Source of the DNA: Acidobacteriota bacterium
GTDB taxonomy: Bacteria > Acidobacteriota > UBA6911 > RPQK01 > JAJDTT01
DNA length: 64,000 nucleotides
Direction of reading: 5' to 3'
Assembly (NCBI GenBank): GCA_965263035.1
Contig: OZ253580.1
Location: forward strand, 1,568,001-1,632,000
How positions within the stretch are numbered: position 1 is the first letter of the stretch; every line of letters starts with the position of its first letter. Under the pieces are notes generated by a model. It saw nothing but the letters and a program-made list of their open reading frames with translations. It did no database searches and was not told the DNA's origin. Of this stretch, positions 1 to 9,439 are shown in pieces. The position numbers and the translations under genes are program-made.

Positions 1-259
1 CCAGGACCTCCCCAGCCTCCACCCGCATACCCGCCTGTTTGAGCATGCATTCAGGGACGTCCGCAGGCGGCAGCGACAGGAGATTGGCCACATTGAGCGG
101 TGTGATGTTTCCCGGCATGAAAGTCTGGGCGACCACGTCCCGGGAGTCCACCTCTTGTCCCGCTCGAACCAGAACTTCTCCCTGGATGGGCAGGATCCGC
201 CGGCAGCGATATCGGGTGCGGGGACTGACCTTCAGACCGGGCGTGTAAGCGTGGGCCAT
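1..259 (-). CDS. Conserved hypothetical protein of the GlmL/MutL-associated cluster (3'-truncated by window edge)
   Basis: Hand translation from ATG at 259: MAHAYTPGLKVSPRTRYRCRRILPIQGEVLVRAGQEVDSRDVVAQTFMPG..., open to the edge. Starts 15 nt after the upstream gene's stop. Absent from the ORF track because it has no stop in the window. Confidence 0.7.
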   Translation of the reverse strand, partial: MAHAYTPGLKVSPRTRYRCRRILPIQGEVLVRAGQEVDSRDVVAQTFMPGNITPLNVANLLSLPPADVPECMLKQAGMRVEAGEVL

Positions 260-274
260 CCTCAGTCGACCTCG

Positions 275-2095
275 TCACTCCTCTTCCGGAAGCGGCGGCT
301 CCAGGTCCAGATCCAGGACCCATTGAGCCATGGCCTTCCGGCAAGCCTCTCGATCAGGGGGCAGCGTCAGAGGGCGGCCCCGCGCGTCCAGCAAGACTCC
401 CACCGTCCCGCCCCTGAGTTCGCCCTCGAGGGGCCGGCCGGGACCCGCTCCCGCGTCCACTCTCCGCGCCGGCTCCACCACGATTCGGGCGCTGCCTCCC
501 AGGCCCAATGGCAGCCGTTTGATCTCACCAAAGGAGAGGGCGCCTTCCTCCTCCAGCCCGTCGCCGAAGATGGCATAGCGGAAGGCCGGGCTGCCCCAGG
601 CACCGGCTCCCCTGGGAGCCACGCAGGTTCCCAGGGAGATGAGGCAATCTCTCCGGAAGACCTGGAGCGCAGCCTCAGGATGAACCTGGGCCAGAACCCC
701 CAGGTGGGGCATCATGAAGATACTGTCCTTGGCCAGCCAAGTGATGCCCTCGGGCTGGAAGGCGTCCACCAGGAGCGCCGCCGTCTGCTGCATCAAAGGA
801 GCATGGGAGAGGACTCCGCCCGATCCCACCAACAGGTCCAGCTTCATGTTGTCCACCAGGGTCCGGCCGCTGGCCGCCTGGCTGAAGGTGTCGCCCACGG
901 TCCTCTGTTGCTGCACGCCCTTGAGCGCGGTTGCGAACTGTCTGTGCTGGTCGTAGGCCAAGCGCAGGGCCTCCCGGGCCACGGCCTGCTCGAAGAACAG
1001 GGATTCCCGGGTCTGAGGAATCGTGGTGGGCCGGATCATCTTGTTCTTGACGTGGTTTCGCAGCTCCCCTTCCTCCATCTCCAGATGGACCCAACGGAGG
1101 ATGGAGGGCAGGGTGGCTTCGGCGCAGACGTTGGAGATGGAGTAGCTCATTCCAAGGTTGGCGCTCACGGTCCGGTTGAAAGTGCCGTCGAAGACGCTGA
1201 AAACGTCGGTGGTGGCGCCGCCGATGTCCACGCCGACCACGTTGATCCTCTGCTCTTCGGCAATTCTCTGCAGGATGTTTCCCACGGCCCCCGGCGTGGG
1301 CATGATGGGGGCGTCGGTCCACTGAATCAGCCGGTCGTACCCGGGGGCATGGGCCATGACGTGTTCCAGAAACAGGTCGTGGATCTTGTCCCGGGCCGGA
1401 GCCAGGTTCTCCCGCTCCAGAACCGGACGCAGGTTGGGAACGATGGAAAGCTGCACCGAATCGTCGAAGGTCTGCTCCACCAGCGGCGCCGCATCCCGGT
1501 TCCCCGCGAAGATCACCGGCATCCGGTACTCGGCGCCGAAACGGGGCTGGGGACGGGCCGGCGCGATGAGTTCGGCCATCTGCACGACGTGCCGCGTGGT
1601 CCCGCCGTCGGTGCCCCCCGAAATCAGCACCATGTCGGGCCTGAGCTCCCGGATCCGTTGGATCTGCTCGTGGGGGAGGCGGCGGTCATTGGAGGCCAGA
1701 ACGTCCATGACGATGGCGCCGGCGCCCAGGGCCGCCCGCTTGGCGCTGGCGGCCGTCATCTCCCGGACCACACCCGCCACCATCATCTGCAGGCCGCCGC
1801 CGGCACTGGAAGTAGAGATATAAAGATCGCAACCTTCACCGCCGGAAGCCGGCCTCAGGATCCGGCCCTCATCGTCGATGAGGCGGCGTCCGGCCATCTC
1901 AGCCACCTCGGCGACGGCGTTCACCACCCCCAGGGTCACGTCGGCCGCCGGTTCCTCCACCGTAGTGGGCGCCTCGCCCCGGTGGGTCTGCCGGTATTCT
2001 CCGTCCACTTTCTGGATGAGGATGGCTTTGGTGGTCGTGCTCCCGCAGTCGGTGGCCAGGATCACGTTGATGGAGTCGGGGTCGATCTGCTTCAT
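275..2095 (-). CDS. Glutamate mutase L (GlmL/MutL)-family ASKHA-fold protein
   Basis: Actin-like phosphate motifs ATDCGSTTTKA and VDIGGATTDVFS, plus SSAGGGLQM and ISGGTDGG. ATG 2095 overlaps the upstream stop (ATGA). Confidence 0.8.
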   Translation of the reverse strand: MKQIDPDSINVILATDCGSTTTKAILIQKVDGEYRQTHRGEAPTTVEEPAADVTLGVVNAVAEVAEMAGRRLIDDEGRILRPASGGEGCDLYISTSSAGGGLQMMVAGVVREMTAASAKRAALGAGAIVMDVLASNDRRLPHEQIQRIRELRPDMVLISGGTDGGTTRHVVQMAELIAPARPQPRFGAEYRMPVIFAGNRDAAPLVEQTFDDSVQLSIVPNLRPVLERENLAPARDKIHDLFLEHVMAHAPGYDRLIQWTDAPIMPTPGAVGNILQRIAEEQRINVVGVDIGGATTDVFSVFDGTFNRTVSANLGMSYSISNVCAEATLPSILRWVHLEMEEGELRNHVKNKMIRPTTIPQTRESLFFEQAVAREALRLAYDQHRQFATALKGVQQQRTVGDTFSQAASGRTLVDNMKLDLLVGSGGVLSHAPLMQQTAALLVDAFQPEGITWLAKDSIFMMPHLGVLAQVHPEAALQVFRRDCLISLGTCVAPRGAGAWGSPAFRYAIFGDGLEEEGALSFGEIKRLPLGLGGSARIVVEPARRVDAGAGPGRPLEGELRGGTVGVLLDARGRPLTLPPDREACRKAMAQWVLDLDLEPPLPEEE

Positions 2096-2439
2096 TTGCC
2101 GGCCGAGTCGAGTTCCTCGATCCGGCGACAAAGATAGTCCACTGAGCCCCGATGCTCAAGGAAGGCGGCCAGGTGCCGGTGTCCACGGGATTGGGTCAAT
2201 CCCGAGAGCAGAGGCGACAGGAAATGCAACAGCTGGGAACCCAGGAAATTCAGGGGGCGGGACATTTCGAGAAACATGAGAGCCGGCGTGGCCAGCCGGC
2301 GCCGCACCAGTTCCCGGCAGATTCGATCAACCAACTGGCGCTCCTCGTCCGAGGGCTCGAAGCTGGTCACAGTGTCCACGGCAAAGGCGTGCCGCCAGCC
2401 TTTCCTCGACCTTCCCTCTTCCTTTTTCGCCAATCTCAC
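2092..2439 (-). CDS. Hypothetical protein (115 aa), first gene of the GlmL-like operon
   Basis: Helical ORF (LATPALMFLEMSRPLNFLGSQLLHFLSP) translationally coupled to the GlmL-like gene. Confidence 0.65.
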   Translation of the reverse strand: MRLAKKEEGRSRKGWRHAFAVDTVTSFEPSDEERQLVDRICRELVRRRLATPALMFLEMSRPLNFLGSQLLHFLSPLLSGLTQSRGHRHLAAFLEHRGSVDYLCRRIEELDSAGK

Positions 2440-2460
2440 GTCCCCAGGACAGTGCGGGGA

Positions 2461-2531
2461 ATTATAGCCCGAATTAATTGGGGCTTGAGGATCGGATCAA
2501 CGCTTTACACTGGGAGAACGGCTGCTAGAAT
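2461..2531. promoter_or_regulatory. Divergent sigma70-type promoters
   Basis: Plus strand: TTTACA (2504-2509), 16 nt, TAGAAT (2526-2531) with an extended TG. Minus strand: TATAAT at 2466-2461. AT-rich gap between divergent genes. Confidence 0.45.
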
Positions 2532-2595
2532 ACACGGGTTGAACAGAGCGTGAGAACTCCGGGAGCAGGCTCCCGCACTCGCAAGGAGAAACGAG

Positions 2596-3561
2596 ATGAA
2601 ACTGGCCACGTGCAGCCTGGGGGATCGGTCCTTCGTCGCCGTAGCCACGGACGACGGACGGGTGGTGAACCTGGTTGCCGCCGACGCCGAGCTGGCCCGG
2701 AAGGAGGAAAGGCCTCCCCACGCGTTTTTTCAGGACATGATCCACTTTCTGGAGCATGGGAGCCAAGCCCGGGAGGCTGCCGAACGGGCCGCCCGGGGAG
2801 CCGTGGAGGGATCCCAGTCCCAGCCGGACGGAGCCGCCGTGCATCGCCTTTCCGAAGTGCGTCTGCGGGCTCCGGTGGCGGTGCCCCGGAAGCTCTTCTG
2901 CCTCGCCGGCAACTTCCAGGACCACATCGAGGAAGGCGGACAGAAGATGGACTCCCAGGACAAGGAGACTCCCCGCTTCTTCATGAAGCCCGCCAGCACC
3001 TGCGTGATCGGTCCGGGGGACAGTATCCGGATTCCACCCGTGGCCCAAGCCATCGACTGGGAGGGAGAGCTGGCTGTGGTCCTGGGCCGGCGGGGCAAGC
3101 GGATCTCCCGGGACCGGGCCCTCGATTACGTCGCCGGATACACCATCATGAACGACGTGTCGGAGCGGCAGCTCAAGATCTGGCCCCGGAGCGAGGACCG
3201 CCCCCAGGACGAGTGGTTCGATTGGCTCAACGGGAAGTGGCTGGATTCCGCTGCTCCCATGGGACCCTGGATCGTCACCACCGACGAGATCGGCGATCCC
3301 CAGGACCTACAGATCAGCACCTACGTCAACGGAGACAGGAAGCAGCACAACAGCACCAGTCAGATGCTGATTCCCGTGGCCGCGCTCGTCGAGTACATCT
3401 CGGCCATCGTCACGCTGGAGCCGGGAGACGTGATCAGCACCGGCACCATCTCCGGCGTCGGAAACGTCAGCGGGGAGTTCCTCAAGCCGGGGGACCAGGT
3501 GGAGATCAAAATCTCGAAAATCGGCGTTCTGGGAAACCCGGTTGCCGCAAGCTCCAGCTAG
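2596..3561 (+). CDS. Fumarylacetoacetate hydrolase family protein
   Basis: Motifs KLFCLAGNF, IDWEGELAVV, YTIMNDVSER, GKWLD, LEPGDVISTGT; RBS AAGGAG. Confidence 0.9.
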   Translation: MKLATCSLGDRSFVAVATDDGRVVNLVAADAELARKEERPPHAFFQDMIHFLEHGSQAREAAERAARGAVEGSQSQPDGAAVHRLSEVRLRAPVAVPRKLFCLAGNFQDHIEEGGQKMDSQDKETPRFFMKPASTCVIGPGDSIRIPPVAQAIDWEGELAVVLGRRGKRISRDRALDYVAGYTIMNDVSERQLKIWPRSEDRPQDEWFDWLNGKWLDSAAPMGPWIVTTDEIGDPQDLQISTYVNGDRKQHNSTSQMLIPVAALVEYISAIVTLEPGDVISTGTISGVGNVSGEFLKPGDQVEIKISKIGVLGNPVAASSS

Positions 3562-3605
3562 CCGTCCGCCGGCGCACCGTTTGTCAATCCTGATTCGCAT
3601 TCGAG

Positions 3606-4127
3606 GTGGAGGTAATTACGGCTCGATATATCGAAATCACTCTCAAGAAGCGCGGGATCAGTTGCGTCGCCCGTCTCCTGGACGAGAAGGCGCCCCGGAC
3701 CTGCGAGGCGGTCTGGAATGCCCTGCCCCAGGAGGGGGACGTGTACCACGCCAAGTACGCCAGCAACGAGATCTACATCCTGGTCCCCGCCTTTGCTCCC
3801 GAGGAGCCGGGCCCAGAGAACTGTTCGATGGTTCCGGCGGCCGGAGACGTCATGTATTTCACGCTGGACTCCGGCATCCAACTGCCGGTCCGGTCCGAAT
3901 CGGGGGCTCCGGTCATCGATCTGGCCGTGTTCTACGATCGGGACAATCTGCTCCTCTCGCCCAAAATGGGGCCGACGCCAGGAAACGTCTTCGCCACCAT
4001 CATCAAGAACGGGGACGCCGTGCGCGACGGGGGTAACAGCGTCTGGCGCGAAGGGGCGGTGGGAGAGACTCTGGCCTACAGCCGGCTGGAGGGCGAGGCG
4101 TTGCGCGCCTGGGGCATCGAGCCGTAG
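3606..4127 (+). CDS. DUF3830-like cyclophilin-fold protein
   Basis: ARLLDEKAPRTCEAVWNALP, HAKYASNEIY, IDLAVFYDR, GNVFATI resemble the DUF3830 family. Confidence 0.7.
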   Translation: MEVITARYIEITLKKRGISCVARLLDEKAPRTCEAVWNALPQEGDVYHAKYASNEIYILVPAFAPEEPGPENCSMVPAAGDVMYFTLDSGIQLPVRSESGAPVIDLAVFYDRDNLLLSPKMGPTPGNVFATIIKNGDAVRDGGNSVWREGAVGETLAYSRLEGEALRAWGIEP

Positions 4128-4166
4128 GTTCGATCGGTACGATCCAGTCCGCGGAGACGCGCCGCA

Positions 4167-5120
4167 TCAGATCTCGATTCCGGGCCAGGCTTGGCGAATC
4201 CGCTCTTCCAGGATCGACTCCGAAGCCGGTTTCTCCAGCCGTAGGCGAGCGGTCGCATCCTTGCCCAGAGCGTCGCGTGGGGCCAAGCCCACGATCTCCG
4301 AGGAGGAGATCCGGGTGCCCAACTCGCGGGCGTGTTGGTCCACAGTCTCGAAGAGCCGAACCAGTGACGTCCTACGATAACCGGTGAGATTGGTGCTGAC
4401 CTGCGCCCGATTCCGGCTCGCCACCCACAACCCCAGCGCCTTGACGCCGGGCAGGCCGCCGTCCCGTTCGCGGATCCGGGCGGCCACTTTCCGCGCCGCG
4501 TTCAGGTCCGGATCTTCGAGGTACATGTTGAAGGCGATCAGATAGTCCCGCGCTCCGATGCAACTGACTCCGGCCGTCGGATGGGGCCGAGCGGGTCCGA
4601 AGTCGGGCGCCCAGGCCGGGTCCCCCGCCATCCGCCGGCGCAGCGGCTCCAGACCTCCCCGCCGCAGGTCCGCCAGGGATCTTCGCTCCGGACGGGTCGC
4701 CGCCTGCTCATAGAGGTAGACCGGAAGCTGGATCTCTTCCCCCAGAGCTTTCCCCAGCCGCCGAGCGGTCCGGATGCAGCCGGACATGGAGACGCCGCGG
4801 ATGGGCACGAACGGAATGACGTCCACGGCGCCGATCCGGGGATGGACACCTCGATGCCGGGACAGATCCAGGAGGTCGACGGCTCGGCGGCAGAGAGCCG
4901 CCGCCGCCGCCTCAAGGCCTGGAAGGGAGCCCGCCAACGTGAAGACGGTCCGATGGTGGTCGACGTCGGCGTCCCAGTCGAGCACCGTGGCGCCGGGCGT
5001 CTCGGCCGCCGCCCGGGCCAGTTTCCGGAGACAGGCCCGGTCGCGGCCCTCGCTGACGTTGATCACGCACTCGGCCAGCTGAGGCGGCGCTTCGCCACCG
5101 CGGTTGTCGTGTTTTCGCAT
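4167..5120 (-). CDS. ftcD: Glutamate formiminotransferase (C-terminal part of the 652-aa ORF)
   Basis: ECVINVSEGRD, DVDHHRTVFT, HRGVHPRIGAVDVIPFVP, LPVYLYE, GARDYLIAFN. Own ATG at 5120, in frame with upstream ComF. Confidence 0.85.
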   Translation of the reverse strand: MRKHDNRGGEAPPQLAECVINVSEGRDRACLRKLARAAAETPGATVLDWDADVDHHRTVFTLAGSLPGLEAAAAALCRRAVDLLDLSRHRGVHPRIGAVDVIPFVPIRGVSMSGCIRTARRLGKALGEEIQLPVYLYEQAATRPERRSLADLRRGGLEPLRRRMAGDPAWAPDFGPARPHPTAGVSCIGARDYLIAFNMYLEDPDLNAARKVAARIRERDGGLPGVKALGLWVASRNRAQVSTNLTGYRRTSLVRLFETVDQHARELGTRISSSEIVGLAPRDALGKDATARLRLEKPASESILEERIRQAWPGIEI

Positions 5121-6125
5121 ATCCCCTGAGATCCTCCAGGGCAGTCTATTACCAGTCCGTGGCGGTCCTCCAGTAGGGGCGCCCCTGGTGGGCGCCCTCT
5201 TTGATCTGCGGAGTTGGGGCGGTGTAGAGGGGGGACTAGCATCCCCCCTACCCCCCCTAGTCGGCGACAAGAAAGTCGCCGCTCCCAGGTGTTCCCCCGG
5301 CAACGGTACCCGGGCTACCGTCAGGACCAGGATTCGACCGGCTTTGCCGTCCCGCTTGAGGACCTTTGAGATCTCGTGGGAGGTGGCGCCCGTGGTCAGG
5401 ATGTCGTCCACCAGCACCAGATCCGCTCCCGAGATTCGGTGTCCCTGCCGGAGCCGGAAGGCGTTGCGGACGTTCCTCCTTCGAGCCTTCAGGTCGAGTC
5501 CGAACTGGGGCAGGGTCGGACGCGACCTGCGCAGGCCCGGGAACACCGGCAGATCCAGTCTTCGGCCCAAGATTCGAGTCAGGAGGAGCGTCTGGTCGAA
5601 TCCCCGTTTTCTCCTGCGCCGAGGATGGGACGGAACCGGTACCAGCCAGGAAGGGGAGAAGGGATCGGGCCGCTTCCGGTAGGCTTTCTCGAGCAGGGAC
5701 GCCAGAGGATGCGCCAGGCGGCGATAGCCGGAGAACTTGAAGCGATGGATCAACTTCCTCAAGTTTCCAGTGTACGGACCCCACGCGCGGGCCGAGTGAT
5801 GAAAGGTCCGCGTCCGCCGACACGACGCGCAGAGTCCCAGGTCCCCTGGATCTTTCTCCCGATCCGGAACCGGAAAATCCCCGGCGGGTGCAGGCCCGCC
5901 ACATATCGGGCAGAGGCGGCTCCGGAACCGAGGCAGTTGCAGGAAACACTCGGCACAAAGGGGTCTGGCGTCCGGATTGGCGACCCAACGGCGGCATAGG
6001 ACGCAGCTTTGGGGGAAAAAGAGGACCTGGAGTCCCTGGAAGAGCCGCGCGCTCAGAGTCCACCGGGATCGCTCCAGAGCCGTGGCCCCAGTGGCGTCGG
6101 ACCTGGATTCCGGACCGGAAGACAC
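5121..6125 (-). CDS. comF: ComF/phosphoribosyltransferase family protein reading through a REP-derived linker into ftcD
   Basis: N-terminal Cys pairs, RRKRGFDQT, LVDDILTTGAT and typical end VLTVARV at ~5310. No stop before the ftcD ATG. Confidence 0.75.
5173..5198 (+). repeat. GTAG-type REP palindrome
   Basis: GTAGGGGCGCCCCTGGTGGGCGCCCT: GTAG tetranucleotide followed by a GGGCGCCC-N5-GGGCGCCC hairpin. Confidence 0.65.
5228..5287 (-). repeat. REP family A unit (TGGGAGCGGCGRCTTTCTTGYCGCC) plus G-rich hairpin
   Basis: Near-identical to the copies at 19640-19684, 54978-55038 and 60411-60435. Confidence 0.85.
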
Positions 6126-6188
6126 ACTGAATGAAACGTCCGATCCGGAAATCCTGCGAAGAGAATCAGGAATTCCCCAGGGAGTGGG

Positions 6189-6548
6189 TCAGGAGAGTCG
6201 ACCCGACTCCTTGAGTTCCTGACAGTGGACGCAGAGCAGCGCCCAGGGCACAGCCTCCAGCCGTCTGCGCCCCACCGTGTCGCCACAGTGGGTGCATTCA
6301 CCATAAGAGCCGTCCTGGATTCGTTCCAGAGCCTCCTCAACCAGAATGATCAATTGCCGTTCCAGGTTGCTGAGGCTGAACATGAACTCTTTGGTGTAGG
6401 ACTTGGAGGCCCGATCCCCCATGTCCATGACCTCGCCTTCTCCGTCCATCTTCCGGCCGTAACTCTCGGCCTTGTGGACGACGTCGATGAGTTCCGTTTT
6501 CTTTTCCAGGAGCTGTTTCTTGAAGTAGTCCAGGTCTCTGGATGTCAT
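6189..6548 (-). CDS. TraR/DksA family C4 zinc-finger protein
   Basis: Coiled coil with DMGDRA; EALERIQDGSYGECTHC...RLEAVPWALLCVHC; RBS GGAGG. Confidence 0.9.
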   Translation of the reverse strand: MTSRDLDYFKKQLLEKKTELIDVVHKAESYGRKMDGEGEVMDMGDRASKSYTKEFMFSLSNLERQLIILVEEALERIQDGSYGECTHCGDTVGRRRLEAVPWALLCVHCQELKESGRLS

Positions 6549-6657
6549 GCCAAACCTCCACTACTTGTATCACTCAATATACGACAAGCTCCGAAAAAGG
6601 TTCGGGTTCCGGTGTGACGGGGGCAGCCGGGGGCCGCGGATCGCCGAAATTTGTGGA

Positions 6658-7014
6658 TCAGGCCGGCGGAGTGAGCGCCAGCAACCGGCCGTCGCTCCAC
6701 AGTTTCTCCAATTGGTAGAAGGCTCGTGCACGTAACGAAAAGATGTGAACCACGAAGTCCAGATAGTCAAGAAGTATCCACTCGCCTCCTTTGTACCCCT
6801 CGATATGCGTGGGCCGGACCTTCTCCTGGTTCCTCAGACGATGCCGGATCTCGTCGCAGATCGCCTGATTCTGTCGCTGGTTGTTCCCCTGGCAGATCAC
6901 GAAGAAGTCGGTGAAAGACGAGATCTCGGAAATGTCCACGACCTGGACATCCTCTCCCTTCTTTTCTTGAATCGACTCACAGACCAGGGTCAGCAATTCT
7001 CTTGTTGTCTTCAT
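6658..7014 (-). CDS. rsfS: Ribosome silencing factor RsfS
   Basis: EKKGEDVQVVD, FTDFFVICQG, WILLDYLDFVVHIF, RAFYQLEKLW. Start corrected to ATG 7014; follows nadD. Confidence 0.92.
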   Translation of the reverse strand: MKTTRELLTLVCESIQEKKGEDVQVVDISEISSFTDFFVICQGNNQRQNQAICDEIRHRLRNQEKVRPTHIEGYKGGEWILLDYLDFVVHIFSLRARAFYQLEKLWSDGRLLALTPPA

Positions 7015-7639
7015 AGAGATGGTACTTCCGAATGTACTGCAAAACCTTGGGAGAAATCTCGCCGGAAAGGGGACGGCCCCTTCCGGCGAGGCTCTCCCGG
7101 ACCTGGCTCGAGCTGATGTCGGGCGCCCCGATGTCCACCAGGAAGGAGCTTCCCGGACGGATCTCCGGACTTGAGGAACCTCCTGCCGTGACCTTTTCCA
7201 GCCGTATTTCCGGAAAGAGGGCGGTATCGACCCGTGCTCCCGCCCGCTGCACGAAGACACAGCAGTTGTCCCGCAGGAGGACCGAATGGTTCTTCCAGAT
7301 GTGAATTTCCCTCAACGAGTCGCTTCCACCAATGAAGCAGAAACGGTGCCGGGGGTAGCGCTCGCGCAAAAGTGCCATGGTCTGGACGGTGTAACTGGGA
7401 CCGCGGCGCCGGAGCTCGAAGTCGGAAGCGTAAAGGTGGGACTCCTCCAGGGTCTCAAGCACGACCATGGCAAGGCGGTGATGCTGCGCAGCCACCCCGT
7501 TCCTTGGCTTGTGGGGAGGCAGACGGGACACCATAAGGAGGACCCGGTCCAGCGCCAGCAGGCGCAGGACCTGGTTGGCAATATAGGTATGCCCCCGGTG
7601 GACAGGGTCGAAGGTGCCCCCGTAAATCCCGACCCTCAA
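6977..7639 (-). CDS. nadD: Nicotinate-nucleotide adenylyltransferase
   Basis: [37 protein letters not shown]. Confidence 0.93.
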   Translation of the reverse strand: MRVGIYGGTFDPVHRGHTYIANQVLRLLALDRVLLMVSRLPPHKPRNGVAAQHHRLAMVVLETLEESHLYASDFELRRRGPSYTVQTMALLRERYPRHRFCFIGGSDSLREIHIWKNHSVLLRDNCCVFVQRAGARVDTALFPEIRLEKVTAGGSSSPEIRPGSSFLVDIGAPDISSSQVRESLAGRGRPLSGEISPKVLQYIRKYHLYEDNKRIADPGL

Positions 7640-8637
7640 CCCCTGACGACTCCCAACTGCTCTGCCAAAGACCGCTTCAATTCCTGGATTCCATCACCCC
7701 GCACCGACGAGATGCATCCAAAGGGAACACCTTCCCGGGAACAGTACTCCTGGAGTCTCCTCACCTTTGCCAGGTTGGCGGCATCCATCTTCGAAGCCGC
7801 CACCATCTGAGGCTTGGCCGGCAGGGCGGCCCCATAGAGTTCCAATTCCTCCTGAACCGTCTGCACCGCATTGACGGGGTCCTCCGGGCCGAAGTCCGTG
7901 ACGTCCACCAGATGAAGCAGGATACGGCAGCGTTCGATGTGCCTCAGAAACTGGTCCCCCAGACCGTGACCTTCGTGGGCGCCTTTGATCAGGCCGGGGA
8001 TGTCGGCGACGACGCAGGTCCGAAAACCTTCCAGCGAAACCGTTCCCAGATTGGGCGTCAGAGTGGTGAAAGGGTAGTCGGCGATCTTGGGGCGAGCCGA
8101 GGAGATCACCGAGATCAGAGTCGATTTCCCGGCGTTGGGCAGCCCGACCAGCCCGACGTCGGCCAGCACCTTGAGTTCCAGGAGAAGATGCTTTTCCTCT
8201 CCCGCCCTGCCGGATTCCCACTTTCTGGGAGCTTGATTGGTGGAAGTGGCGAAGGCCGCATTGCCGCGCCCGCCCCGGCCCCCCTTGGCCACCAGACGAT
8301 TGCGATCCGGTTGGTCCAGATCGAACAAGAGCTCGCGTGTGCTCTCGAGATAGATCTGCGTGCCGACGGGAAGATCGATGACCAGATCCTTGCCGTTCTT
8401 TCCATGACGCTGGGAACCGGAGCCATGAGAGCCGCTGCCGGCTTTGAACTCCCGCTTGTAGCGGAACGGCAGCAGGGTGTTCAGGTGGTTGGTGCTGCGG
8501 AAGTAGACGCTCCCACCATCGCCGCCGTCACCGCCGCTGGGTCCTCCCCGGGGAACGAACTTCTCCCGGCGAAACGCCAGGCAACCGTTTCCCCCGTCCC
8601 CGGCTTTGACGAAAACTTTGGTGTGGTCCAGAAACAT
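7636..8637 (-). CDS. obgE: GTPase ObgE
   Basis: [43 protein letters not shown]. Start corrected to ATG 8637. Confidence 0.96.
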   Translation of the reverse strand: MFLDHTKVFVKAGDGGNGCLAFRREKFVPRGGPSGGDGGDGGSVYFRSTNHLNTLLPFRYKREFKAGSGSHGSGSQRHGKNGKDLVIDLPVGTQIYLESTRELLFDLDQPDRNRLVAKGGRGGRGNAAFATSTNQAPRKWESGRAGEEKHLLLELKVLADVGLVGLPNAGKSTLISVISSARPKIADYPFTTLTPNLGTVSLEGFRTCVVADIPGLIKGAHEGHGLGDQFLRHIERCRILLHLVDVTDFGPEDPVNAVQTVQEELELYGAALPAKPQMVAASKMDAANLAKVRRLQEYCSREGVPFGCISSVRGDGIQELKRSLAEQLGVVRG

Positions 8638-8689
8638 GCACGAAAGTGGAGATCCAGAGTCCGATCTCCGGAATTCTGCGGGCTGGCAG

Positions 8690-8941
8690 CTAGCTGATAA
8701 TGTGAACGAATCGCCCCCGCCGTCCCTGGCGCTGGAACCGGACTTTACCTGTAGTGCGGGCGAAAAGGGTGTCGTCGCGGCCCCGGCCCACATTGGTGCC
8801 GGGCTTGATGGGCGTCCCTCGCTGGCGGACCAGAATCGACCCGGCCGTCACCAACTGGCCGTCGAACCGTTTGACGCCGAGTCGCTTGGAATGGCTGTCC
8901 CGGCCGTTTCGGGAACTGCCCAAACCCTTCTTGTGTGCCAT
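8690..8941 (-). CDS. rpmA: 50S ribosomal protein L27
   Basis: [24 protein letters not shown]. Confidence 0.98.
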   Translation of the reverse strand: MAHKKGLGSSRNGRDSHSKRLGVKRFDGQLVTAGSILVRQRGTPIKPGTNVGRGRDDTLFARTTGKVRFQRQGRRGRFVHIIS

Positions 8942-8946
8942 GGCGT

Positions 8947-9282
8947 CTACTCCCGGACCGGACTCTCGTTTCCGATCCGAATGGGCCCGATCTCCACCTC
9001 GGTGAAGCGCTGGCGATGACCTTGCTTGCTTCGATACATCTTGCGGCGTTTGAACTTGAAGACCGTGACCTTCCGATCCTTACCCTGCTCGACGATGGTC
9101 CCGGTGACGCGGACGTCACTCAGAAACGGTGTGCCGACTTCGGTCGAATCCGGATGACCGACCAGCAACACGTCCTCCAGGCTGACCTCATCGCCCACTT
9201 CTCCGGCGATGCTCTCCAGCCGGACCCGGTCCCCTTCGGCGACTCGATACTGTTTCCCGCCGCTATGAATGATTGCGTACAA
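8947..9282 (-). CDS. rplU: 50S ribosomal protein L21
   Basis: [13 protein letters not shown]...[17 protein letters not shown]; TTG start. Confidence 0.97.
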   Translation of the reverse strand: MYAIIHSGGKQYRVAEGDRVRLESIAGEVGDEVSLEDVLLVGHPDSTEVGTPFLSDVRVTGTIVEQGKDRKVTVFKFKRRKMYRSKQGHRQRFTEVEIGPIRIGNESPVRE

Positions 9283-9319
9283 ATCGATTCTCCCGGATCG
9301 ACGTTCTCAGAAGTTGCTT

Positions 9320-9348
9320 AGTATATTTGCGAACCTCGATCCTGTCAA
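9320..9348 (-). promoter_or_regulatory. Sigma70 promoter of the rplU-rpmA-obgE operon
   Basis: TTGACA (9348-9343), 17 nt, TATACT (9325-9320), upstream of rplU. Confidence 0.8.
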
Positions 9349-9439
9349 AAATCCACGCCCCGCAAGGTGCCCCGCCGGAATCGGTCAGGTACCCGATCGC
9401 CGCTCTGGTGGCCGGCCTTTCACCATCGTCTCGCGTGGA

